Sequence record: OZ361284.1
Strand: one strand, 5' to 3'
DNA length: 32,000 bases
This document shows positions 19,339-31,366 of the stretch, piece after piece. Made by a program: the position numbers and the translations under genes. The notes under the pieces were generated by a model, which had not been told where the DNA came from, did no database searches, and saw only the letters and a program-made list of their open reading frames with translations. How positions within the stretch are numbered: position 1 is the first letter of the stretch; each line of letters begins with the position of its first letter.

Positions 19339-21501
19339 TTATTTAACTTTTTTTCCATCATAAGTTCCTTTATGTATTTTAATGTGGCATTTTTGGCAAA
19401 TTGGAACTTGTTTTCGGTTCATTCTAACCATCATAGTTGATAGATAGTCCTTCTTTTTAGATTTGCTAAGTTTTCGGATGTGATGTACTTCAATTCTTTT
19501 TTTGCTTCCACATAGTATACATGGACCTTTTAAATCTTTTCTGCCTCTTTGAATTCGATTATCTAACTTGTCGATGTGATCTTCCAAGTTTGAATAATCA
19601 AATATGGAGGTTTTTGGAATTTTTTTTGGTCTTTTGTAACTTACAACAGGATAATTTGTTATAGTATTTCCATGTTTATCTTTTACGTTTAAGTCTTTGC
19701 CGTGTTTTTTGAACACCCTCCTAAGTGTCGAAAGTTTCATCTTCGAGGCAATAGTTAGGGCACAAGAGTATTTTAGTATGTAGTGTACTCTTGCAGCGAC
19801 TCTACCATAGTTGTTGGCTAAACTGTAATATTGTAGAATACCTCTTTCTACTTCTTTGTAATGTTGGATCATATCGTACAAATTATGGTTGATAAACCTT
19901 CCATTTCTGGTTGGATTTCCATTTTTTTTTGCATAGCCTTTTTCATGTAGCTTTCGAACTATTTTTTCGATAGGGCCGTCTAATACAGTATTAGTAGTTC
20001 TACGAGTTTTTTTACCAGTAGAATTAATAGCGATTTTCATTTTTTGAAATTTAGTCCGATGAATAGTGTGACCCAGGAATGTAGCCGATTCTTTTTGACT
20101 ATGAGTTATTTTGATCTTTTCAAGATTTAGAGTAAGTTTTAGTTCATTGTCTAGGAATTGATTACATTCTTCGACAATTTTCTTACCATAAATTTTTGGG
20201 CCATTTAAACCCATTATAAAATCGTCAGCGTACCTAACATAATGTAACCTTAGGAATTTATTATCCCTGGAATGAGTAGATTGGATAGAGTGATCAGTGA
20301 CTTTTCCATTTCTAATCATTTTAGTGTATAATGGGTTTGTTTTCTTTCTTTTACCTATATTATATTTAGGTTTCAAGTAGTTTTTAACCCAGTTGTCGAA
20401 GGGTGTCATGTAAATATTAGCTAATATAGGGGATAGTACGCCTCTTTGGCTAGTACCTATTTCCATAGGTATTATTGAATTTGGTTTCTCTCCATAGCCA
20501 ACCCTTAAATATTTATAAATTAAATCTATAAATGCTTGATCTTCAATTTTCTGTTTGAGTAGATTGACAATAATTTCATGATTCAAAGTTGGGAATTGTT
20601 GTTCTAGTTCTCCTTCAATAAACCAATTATCATGATTAAATTGCATTTTTATTTGGTTTAATGCGGTGTGACAACCTCTATTGGTTACCCATCCATGTGA
20701 GTCCTCATTAAAATCGCCTTCAAAGATTAATAATAATAAAAATCTCATTGCTTCTTGGACGATTTTATCTTTTGGTGAAGGGATAGTTAAGGGTCTCTTT
20801 TTTCCATTCGGTTTAGGAGTATATATCCTTCGCGACGGAGAAAATTGAAATTTTCCATTTCGCATTGTGTTGGCGGTTTTTTCAAACCAGGATAGTTCTA
20901 TTCCGTCAAGTGTATCCTTATTTAAGGCTGGAGTTAGACTCCCACTCTTGAATTTAATTTTAACCCACGCAGCTATAAGAAAATTAGGATCCGACATAAT
21001 TATACTTAGATTAGTGCATTTCTTGTTACTGATAATATTAGACTTTAAAACTTTTAATTGTTTAGATTCGAAAGTACCCGAAAGCACGGTTTTCTCTAAA
21101 CTGACATAAGTAGGCTCCTTCCTAAGAAGATTTTTAGTACTACGAGCCTTCCGTGATCCCCATGGTTTTCCATTCCGGATCATCCCGAATTCCGTTTGTT
21201 TTTGTCTTGTGATTAACTTAGAGCTCCCCTTTTTATGTCTACTACTTGTAGCTGGCATATTGAGTTTGTCCAGTGTAAAAAAGACTACGTAATTTCTTAC
21301 ACTCGAGATATTATTAGGAACTTCAGATCCTGCCAAAAAGTTGTAACTGGGATTTGTTAGCCTACTCATATTAATCTTTAGCTGGCAGTCCGCTCTTGGT
21401 TTTACAACCTCAGGGATGCTTTTAGTACATGCTGTTGTCCCCTTTGAGATTGGCTCTCTCAGGTAAGTACTATGCTTTATCACAATATAATATTTAATCA
21501 T
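19339..21501 (-). CDS. Group II intron-encoded reverse transcriptase/maturase with HNH endonuclease domain
   Basis: 720 aa. RT motifs present (RPLTIPSPKDKIVQEA, YVRYADDFIMG). Maturase X region present (ILQYYSLANNYG). C-terminal HNH/zinc motif present (CILCGSKKRIEVHHIRK...CQKCHIKIHKG). Confidence 0.93.
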   Translation of the reverse strand: MIKYYIVIKHSTYLREPISKGTTACTKSIPEVVKPRADCQLKINMSRLTNPSYNFLAGSEVPNNISSVRNYVVFFTLDKLNMPATSSRHKKGSSKLITRQKQTEFGMIRNGKPWGSRKARSTKNLLRKEPTYVSLEKTVLSGTFESKQLKVLKSNIISNKKCTNLSIIMSDPNFLIAAWVKIKFKSGSLTPALNKDTLDGIELSWFEKTANTMRNGKFQFSPSRRIYTPKPNGKKRPLTIPSPKDKIVQEAMRFLLLLIFEGDFNEDSHGWVTNRGCHTALNQIKMQFNHDNWFIEGELEQQFPTLNHEIIVNLLKQKIEDQAFIDLIYKYLRVGYGEKPNSIIPMEIGTSQRGVLSPILANIYMTPFDNWVKNYLKPKYNIGKRKKTNPLYTKMIRNGKVTDHSIQSTHSRDNKFLRLHYVRYADDFIMGLNGPKIYGKKIVEECNQFLDNELKLTLNLEKIKITHSQKESATFLGHTIHRTKFQKMKIAINSTGKKTRRTTNTVLDGPIEKIVRKLHEKGYAKKNGNPTRNGRFINHNLYDMIQHYKEVERGILQYYSLANNYGRVAARVHYILKYSCALTIASKMKLSTLRRVFKKHGKDLNVKDKHGNTITNYPVVSYKRPKKIPKTSIFDYSNLEDHIDKLDNRIQRGRKDLKGPCILCGSKKRIEVHHIRKLSKSKKKDYLSTMMVRMNRKQVPICQKCHIKIHKGTYDGKKVK

Positions 21502-21524
21502 ATGGACAAACTATGTGAGTTCTA

Positions 21525-25243
<3,719 letters not shown>

Positions 25244-25269
25244 TTATAGTTCTAGATTAACTGAGTAAA

Positions 25270-25569
25270 TTACCATGTTGATTTTTTCAAGCCCGAAATA
25301 TTTCCAGAACGTACTAGTCGAAGAAAGACCAGACGTGAGAATCGATACGAGTTTGTCGCTTTTCCTTTTCGACTTGTCATAATACACCTGTTTACCAATC
25401 GAGTTTTTACACCCTTTTTTGATAACGATGATAGTTTTAAAACAGCATTCCAACGTGTGATATTAACTAGTTTTAAATTTCTTATAATACTTTTTAGAAT
25501 AAGCCTAATATCTTCAAACGCATAAACGTTTGCACGATTAATTTTTTCTTTTTGATGAAATTTTTTCAT
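25270..25569 (-). CDS. rps14: ribosomal protein S14
   Basis: 99 aa with an S14 C-terminus (NRCIMTSRKGKATNSYRFSRLVFLRLVRSGNISGLKKSTW). Confidence 0.93.
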   Translation of the reverse strand: MKKFHQKEKINRANVYAFEDIRLILKSIIRNLKLVNITRWNAVLKLSSLSKKGVKTRLVNRCIMTSRKGKATNSYRFSRLVFLRLVRSGNISGLKKSTW

Positions 25570-25572
25570 GTT

Positions 25573-26142
25573 TTAAATTTTTTGAGACTCCCAAGGAGAC
25601 AAAAACGTGAATGTTCTATATTCCTGAGATAGTTCGATTGATTCATTAATCACTCTTTTTTGAGTCTCATGATATCTCATTTCAATGAAACCGCTTAATG
25701 GAAAATCTTTTCTTAACGGGTATCCTTCAAATCCATAGTCTGTAAGGATTCGTTTTAGATTTGAATGATTTTGAAAAAAAACACCAAACATATCCCATAT
25801 TTCGCATTCGTACCAACCTCCGGATAAAAACAGATTGTCGCAAGAATCAATACTCATAAGCTCATGCGCAAATGTTTTTATCCGCAACCGAAAATTGTAT
25901 CTAATGCTTAACAATTCATAGACCAATTTGAAACGATATTTATTCATTGGATAATCAACCCCTGAAATACATGTTAACACTTCAAACTGGTATAGAATAT
26001 GGTACTTAAAAAATAGAAGTACGTCTAACAAGACATTTGGCTTCACGACTAAAATTAAGTCTTCATTAAAAACTTGAACTTTCTCTAGAGGACAAACTTT
26101 AAGTAAATTTCGCAGATTCGCAATAACTAATTGTTGATTCAT
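25573..26142 (-). CDS. nad9: NADH dehydrogenase subunit 9
   Basis: 189 aa. NuoC/30-kDa motifs present (WYECEIWDMFGVFF, LTDYGFEGYPLRKDFPLSGF). Confidence 0.96.
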   Translation of the reverse strand: MNQQLVIANLRNLLKVCPLEKVQVFNEDLILVVKPNVLLDVLLFFKYHILYQFEVLTCISGVDYPMNKYRFKLVYELLSIRYNFRLRIKTFAHELMSIDSCDNLFLSGGWYECEIWDMFGVFFQNHSNLKRILTDYGFEGYPLRKDFPLSGFIEMRYHETQKRVINESIELSQEYRTFTFLSPWESQKI

Positions 26143-26143
26143 C

Positions 26144-26341
26144 TTATTTTAAAAACTTATGGCGGAATTTTAGATTCTCTTGATCAAGAACTACGTTTAT
26201 CAATTTTTTTTTCACACAAAACTTCGAATTTTTAAAATCTTTTTCCGAGAAAATGTGGTTTTTAACTGAATCAGTTCGATCAACAAAACTATAATATAGA
26301 CTTCCATCAGTAAGAACGTATATTGATTTTATTTTCTTCAT
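26144..26341 (-). CDS. Small ORF, possibly ribosomal protein L31-like
   Basis: 65 aa from ATG 26341, which lies 10 nt after the nad7 stop. The ORF ends 1 nt before the nad9 start. By-eye resemblance to bacterial L31: MKK start, ...DFKNSKFCVKKK... against D.CS.CHPF.TGKQ, and C-terminal ENLKFRHKF against GRVDRFNKRF. No profile search was possible. Confidence 0.4.
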   Translation of the reverse strand: MKKIKSIYVLTDGSLYYSFVDRTDSVKNHIFSEKDFKNSKFCVKKKLINVVLDQENLKFRHKFLK

Positions 26342-26351
26342 CTCACAATAT

Positions 26352-27548
26352 TTATCGATCGATCTCTCCAAACACGATGTCTTGAGTTCCAATAATTGTA
26401 ACCACATCAGCAATTAAATGACCTTTCGACATGAAATTTAACGCTTGTAAATGATTAAAACCAGGAGCCTTTATTTTACATCGATACGGTCGATTCGTGT
26501 TGTTAGAAACCAAATACACACCAAACTCTCCTTTTGGTGCTTCACTTGCTGTGTAGGTTTCATTTGTTGGTATAATCAAACCTTGTGTATATAATTTGAA
26601 ATGATGAATTAAAGATTCCATAGACTGTTTTAACTCACTCCGTGAAGGAGGGGTTATCTTCTTATTGCTGCTTTTTACAATTCCAGACGGAATTCGATTT
26701 AGGCATTGCTCAATGATCTTCAGAGACTCACGCATTTCAAAGACTCGCACCAGATAACGATCATAACAGTCGCCGTTAGTACCTACAGGGATGGAAAAAT
26801 TTAACTTGTCGTAAACTTCGTATGGCTGACTTTTACGCAAGTCCCATTTTACCCCAGAACCGCGGAGTATTACACCACTAAAGCCCCATTGATATGCATC
26901 TGCTGCCGAAACTACGCCAATATCGACAAGTCGTTGCTTCCAGATTCTGTTTTCTGTTAACATATCTTCCATTTCAGTTAATCGAATATTGAATTGTTCA
27001 ACGAACATAAAAATGTCGTTTAAAAGACCTTTGGGAATGTCGGCATAAACTCCTCCGGGTCTAAAATACGCGGCGTGCATTCGAGCACCAGACACTCGCT
27101 CGTAAAATTCCATAAGTTTTTCTCGCTCTTCGAATGCCCATAAAAAAGGAGTCATTGCACCAACGTCCATGGCATGGCAACCAACAGCCAATAAATGGTT
27201 TAGAATTCGAGTAATTTCTGCGAATAACACCCGAATATACTGTGCTCGAATGGGAATTTGACAATGAAACAACTTTTCTATAGCTAAACAGTAAGTATGT
27301 TCTTGTGCCATCATTGACACATAATCCAAACGATCAAAATACGGTAGAGCTTGGACATAATTTTTATATTCAATTAATTTTTCAGTTCCTCTATGTAGAA
27401 GACCAATATGAGGATCAGCTCTTTCAACAACTTCTCCTTTTAATTCTAACACTAATCTTAAAACTCCGTGAGCTGCAGGATGTTGTGGCCCAAAATTGAT
27501 AGTAAAATTCTTTATTTTTTTAATCAAATTTTTTTTTTTTAAAGTCAT
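26352..27548 (-). CDS. nad7: NADH dehydrogenase subunit 7
   Basis: 398 aa. NuoD/49-kDa motifs present ([36 protein letters not shown]). Confidence 0.98.
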   Translation of the reverse strand: MTLKKKNLIKKIKNFTINFGPQHPAAHGVLRLVLELKGEVVERADPHIGLLHRGTEKLIEYKNYVQALPYFDRLDYVSMMAQEHTYCLAIEKLFHCQIPIRAQYIRVLFAEITRILNHLLAVGCHAMDVGAMTPFLWAFEEREKLMEFYERVSGARMHAAYFRPGGVYADIPKGLLNDIFMFVEQFNIRLTEMEDMLTENRIWKQRLVDIGVVSAADAYQWGFSGVILRGSGVKWDLRKSQPYEVYDKLNFSIPVGTNGDCYDRYLVRVFEMRESLKIIEQCLNRIPSGIVKSSNKKITPPSRSELKQSMESLIHHFKLYTQGLIIPTNETYTASEAPKGEFGVYLVSNNTNRPYRCKIKAPGFNHLQALNFMSKGHLIADVVTIIGTQDIVFGEIDR

Positions 27549-27574
27549 TTATAGTTTTTAAATTGAGAAACATA

Positions 27575-27648
27575 TAAGCCTAAGTAGACTCGAACTACTC
27601 ACCTTACGCTTATCAGGCGTACGCTCTAACCAACTGAGCTATAGGCTT
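27575..27648 (-). tRNA. trnI: tRNA-Ile (GAU)
   Basis: On the minus strand: AAGCCTA/TAGGCTT acceptor, anticodon stem TACGC/GCGTA, anticodon loop CTGATAA. Confidence 0.9.
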
Positions 27649-27899
27649 TTAATATTGGCAACATTGATAAAAGTTTGAAGTTTTGATCGTTCTTTTGATT
27701 TGAGCCAATTAATTGTTTTCGTGCGATGAAATTGAAATTATTGTTTTGAATGCTGAAGTTTTTAGTATTTGCCACAAATGGCAACACTCACTTCAGTATG
27801 AGAATTTTTTAACTCTGAATTAGTCCATCTCGATATTTTCACCGAACAAGAAGACAGTTGGTATATGTTGATGCCCTTGTCAAAACTTTTTAATTGAAA

Positions 27900-28193
27900 T
27901 CAGCAAAAAATGAAAGGATCCAAATTCAAGTTTTGATTAAGATACGACATACTAACAAAAATTCTAATATAAAGACTTCCATCGTCTGCTAACAAGTCGT
28001 TTAGTTTTTTAGTAACAATAATAACGGAATTAAACTTGTCAGTGAGAAATTTGTTGTTAAAATATTCTAGCATGTGTTCTTGACATGTGAGACCCAGCAA
28101 GAATAAATATGTGTGGATGTTATAAGGTATTTCACCATCTGGCAGAGAGTTATATTCGGTAAATACTTTTGAAAAATCTTTTTCTGTTACCAT
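27900..28193 (-). CDS. Hypothetical ORF (97 aa), no recognisable family
   Basis: ATG-initiated ORF in the spacer between trnI and the repeat region. I found no conserved motifs. It could be a chance ORF in AT-rich DNA. Confidence 0.25.
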   Translation of the reverse strand: MVTEKDFSKVFTEYNSLPDGEIPYNIHTYLFLLGLTCQEHMLEYFNNKFLTDKFNSVIIVTKKLNDLLADDGSLYIRIFVSMSYLNQNLNLDPFIFC

Positions 28194-28223
28194 TTATATT
28201 TTTTGTTTATTGACGTGTGTGTT

Positions 28224-28324
28224 ATAAAAAACGGTACGTCCATGTGAGAGCTTAAGGACTGTTTTTTACTTCAAATAACTCAAAAAGCAGCTAATTTAAT
28301 CACTTAAAATATTTGTGTCTCCAA
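28224..28324. repeat. Left arm of imperfect 101-bp inverted repeat flanking the tandem array
   Basis: The reverse complement of 29805-29905 aligns end to end with about 15 mismatches by eye: ataaaaaacggtacgtc...aatcacttaaaatatttgtgtctccaa. Confidence 0.85.
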
Positions 28325-28366
28325 TTGAAAAAGTTAGTAGGTCTAAGTCTTTTTTCATTGAGAACT

Positions 28367-28404
28367 TCTCCCTTCATATAACTCAAAAAGTATATGAAGG
28401 GAGA
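28367..28404. repeat. Perfect 14-bp stem hairpin at the left edge of the tandem array
   Basis: tctcccttcatata (28367-28380), 10-nt loop actcaaaaag, then tatatgaagggaga (28391-28404). Confidence 0.9.
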
Positions 28405-29764
28405 GGGGTGGTTGTGTAATATATAATATATATATGGGTATATGTTATTATATCTATATGGGTATATGGATCAGATAATGGTATGACATAATATTGAATA
28501 CACGATTAATGAATTATATATTCATGTAATATATCAATGACTACATATCGAAATAAATAGATATAAGATAGTTTACACTATATGTTATTCTGTTTTAACT
28601 TGTGTTAAGATATTATATGTTTAATTTCTATTACTTTTCTGTAAGCCTAGCTGTTTTACATGTGGATTCAAAAAGCTAGTCTTAAATTCATGTAAGTCAA
28701 CGTTAGATACTTTTTGAGTTATATGAAGGGAGAGGGGTGGTTGTGTAATATATAATATATATATATGGGTATATGTTATTATATCTATATGGGTATATGT
28801 TATTATATCTATATGGGTATATGTTATTATATCTATATGGGTATATGTTATTATATCTATATGGGTATATGGATCAGATAATGGTATGACATAATATTGA
28901 ATACACGATTAATGAATTATATATTCATGTAATATATCAATGACTACATATCGAAATAAATAGATATAAGATAGTTTACACTATATGTTATTCTGTTTTA
29001 ACTTGTGTTAAGATATTATATGTTTAATTTCTATTACTTTTCTGTAAGCCTAGCTGTTTTACATGTGGATTCAAAAAGCTAGGCTTAAATTCATGTAAGT
29101 CAACGTTAGATACTTTTTGAGTTATATGAAGGGAGAGGGGTGGTTGTGTAATATATAATATATATATATGGGTATATGTTATTATATCTATATGGGTATA
29201 TGTTATTATATCTATATGGGTATATGTTATTATATCTATATGGGTATATGGATCAGATAATGGTATGACATAATATTGAATACACGATTAATGAATTATA
29301 TATTCATGTAATATATCAATGACTACATATCGAAATAAATAGATATAAGATAGTTTACACTATATGTTATTCTGTTTTAACTTGTGTTAAGATATTATAT
29401 GTTTAATTTCTATTACTTTTCTGTAAGCCTAGCTGTTTTACATGTGGATTCAAAAAGCTAGGCTTAAATTCATGTAAGTCAACGTTAGATACTTTTTGAG
29501 TTATATGAAGGGAGAGGGGTGGTTGTGTAATATATAATATATATATGGGTATATGTTATTATATCTATATGGGTATATGGATCAGATAATGGTATGACAT
29601 AATATTGAATACACGATTAATGAATTATATATTCATGTAATATATCAATGACTACATATCGAAATAAATAGATATAAGATAGTTTACACTATATGTTATT
29701 CTGTTTTAACTTGTGTTAAGATATTATATGTTTAATTTCTATTACTTTTCTGTAAGCTTAGCTT
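28391..29764. repeat. Tandem array of four long repeat units (about 329, 403, 379 and >260 bp)
   Basis: The unit start tatatgaagggagaggggtggttgtgtaat recurs at 28391, 28720, 29123 and 29502. The units are near-identical apart from minisatellite copy number, one AT dinucleotide and a g/t difference. The last unit degenerates after 29764. Confidence 0.95.
28767..28862. repeat. 24-bp minisatellite (gggtatatgttattatatctatat), 4 copies in unit 2
   Basis: Perfect head-to-tail copies. The same motif occurs once at 28436-28459, three times at 29170-29241 and once at 29547-29570. Each block is followed by the truncated copy gggtatatgga. Confidence 0.95.
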
Positions 29765-29804
29765 CCCGAATCCCATATGTAAAATCAACGTCCGACACAC
29801 TTAT

Positions 29805-29905
29805 TTGGAGACATAAATATTTTAAGTGATTACATTCGATACTTTTTGATTTATATGAAGTAAAAATCAGTTCTTAAAACTTGACATTGACGTACTGTTT
29901 TTTAT
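29805..29905. repeat. Right arm of imperfect 101-bp inverted repeat flanking the tandem array
   Basis: Reverse complement of 28224-28324, roughly 85% identical by eye. Confidence 0.85.
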
Positions 29906-29941
29906 AGTAGGCCGGGTTCAACTCCCGTCAAGAATAATAAA

Positions 29942-30703
29942 ATGATGTTTTTTATACAATGTGATAGCCCTGCGCTTTGGCAAACTTATTTACATGATCC
30001 GGCAAGTATTACCATGGAAGGTATTTTGATCTTTAACAAACACTTACTGTTTTTATTAACAGTTATTGTATTATTTGTTGCATGGTTGCTTTTTTATACT
30101 CTTTATTACTATAATGAATATAGTAACAAATTCAATGCAAAATTCGTTCATTCAAATGAATTAGAAATTGTTTGGACATCGGTTCCTGCAATAATTCTTC
30201 TAATTATTTCGACTCCGTCATTTACATTGTTGTATGCGATGGACGAGATTTCAGAACCTGAATTGTCATTAAAGATTTTGGGACACCAATGGTTTTGGAG
30301 CTATGAAATTTCTGATTTCAACTCGTGTCAAACAAACGAGCAAAGTTTAAAATATGTTTGTTATATGATGGTTTTAGAAGGGCTACCGAAAACCAAACAA
30401 GGTTACTTTCGATTACTAGAAACAAACAAACGAGTAATTCTACCAACCAATACTCACTTACGATTATTGGTAAGTGCAGCTGATGTTTTACACAGTTGGA
30501 CAGTGCCGTCGTTTGGATTAAAAGTAGATGCGTGTCCCGGCCGATTAAATCAATTAAACTTGTTCCTAAAACGGGTTGGAGTGTTTTTTGGTCAATGTAG
30601 CGAGATCTGTGGTGTAAATCACGGATTTATGCCTATAGTAGTTGTGTCATTACCAACACTACAATTCCATCACTACGTTATGACAAAATTAGAATTAGGT
30701 TAA
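29942..30703 (+). CDS. cox2: cytochrome c oxidase subunit 2
   Basis: 253 aa. CuA site and COX2 motifs present (GHQWFWSYE, DVLHSWTVPSFGLKVDACPGRLNQ, GQCSEICGVNHGFMP). Confidence 0.97.
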   Translation: MMFFIQCDSPALWQTYLHDPASITMEGILIFNKHLLFLLTVIVLFVAWLLFYTLYYYNEYSNKFNAKFVHSNELEIVWTSVPAIILLIISTPSFTLLYAMDEISEPELSLKILGHQWFWSYEISDFNSCQTNEQSLKYVCYMMVLEGLPKTKQGYFRLLETNKRVILPTNTHLRLLVSAADVLHSWTVPSFGLKVDACPGRLNQLNLFLKRVGVFFGQCSEICGVNHGFMPIVVVSLPTLQFHHYVMTKLELG

Positions 30704-30736
30704 GTATTCAATAACTATTTCTAACATTTTAGTTTC

Positions 30737-30827
30737 GGAAAGATGACTGAGAGGTTTAAAGTGGAGGTCTGCTAAATCTCTGTATATAAATAAATATATA
30801 CCGTGGGTTCGAATCCTACTCTTTCCA
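30737..30827 (+). tRNA. trnS: tRNA-Ser (GCU)
   Basis: 91 nt. Acceptor is GGAAAGA/TCTTTCC, anticodon loop is CTGCTAA. The long variable arm forms an AT-only hairpin, GTATATA/TATATAC. Confidence 0.85.
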
Positions 30828-30876
30828 AACATATATCATTACATCCGGAAAAAACTATTTTTTTTCAAAACTATAA

Positions 30877-31287
30877 ATGGCTATAAAAATAATACAATTG
30901 AACTCAGCACAGGATTTCATAACTCGTTTCTTTTTTTCCACAACTCATAAAGATATTGAAACATTATATTCAATATTAGGTACAGTTTTGTTAATTTTGC
31001 TAGGTGTAATTCTATTTTCAATAAAACAGCAGGATAAAAATACGTCGAAAAAGTCGGTTGCACATTTAATGCCAGTGCCGTCGGGAGGAAGTAAGCGTTG
31101 GACGGATTATGTGGCCTCTGAGGATCGCCAAGACCTAGGTCTTGTAGGGCTGTCAGTCCAGAGCCTCTCGAACCTAAGGAGCCTATATTATAATTGGGCC
31201 CTCCCTTTTAATCCACCAGGTTCTGATTGGGTTTGGGATGGGCCTTTCGAGGATTACACCTCCCTCCAGAGGATAATTTTAAGGTAA
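30877..31287 (+). CDS. Chimeric ORF: duplicated cox1 5' end fused to unknown GC-rich sequence
   Basis: 136 aa. Residues 13-35 ([23 protein letters not shown]) and 8 nt upstream of the ATG copy the cox1 start region ([23 protein letters not shown]). One hydrophobic helix follows, then an unrelated tail. Confidence 0.6.
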   Translation: MAIKIIQLNSAQDFITRFFFSTTHKDIETLYSILGTVLLILLGVILFSIKQQDKNTSKKSVAHLMPVPSGGSKRWTDYVASEDRQDLGLVGLSVQSLSNLRSLYYNWALPFNPPGSDWVWDGPFEDYTSLQRIILR

Positions 31288-31366
31288 ATCCGAAAGAACT
31301 TTCTAATTAAAATCCTTCTTTAAATTAGCAACAAGGTTCACCTTTAATAAGTGTTCAAAAATATAA

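Noticed and set aside
25244-25453. 69-aa minus-strand ORF overlapping rps14.
   Set aside because: It is in an alternative frame of the well-supported rps14 gene and shows no conserved features.
26342-26413. TTG-initiated extension of the small ORF, overlapping the nad7 3' end.
   Set aside because: An ATG at 26341 just downstream of the nad7 stop gives a compact, non-overlapping gene, and the extension has no recognisable content.
28436-29570. CRISPR-like reading of the 24-bp direct repeats.
   Set aside because: The copies are contiguous with no spacers, they are AT-rich, and they are nested within larger tandem units in an organelle genome. This is a minisatellite, not a CRISPR array.
31115-31270. 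Possible mitochondrial 5S rRNA in the GC-rich tail of ORF136. The segment ttgggatgggcctttcgaggattacacc loosely resembles the 5S loop E/helix IV region, and tcgaacctaagg loosely resembles loop C.
   Set aside because: I could not fold helices II and III. The candidate would be about 156 nt, and the internal 16-nt palindrome does not fit a 5S structure. It is worth a covariance-model scan but is not supportable by eye.
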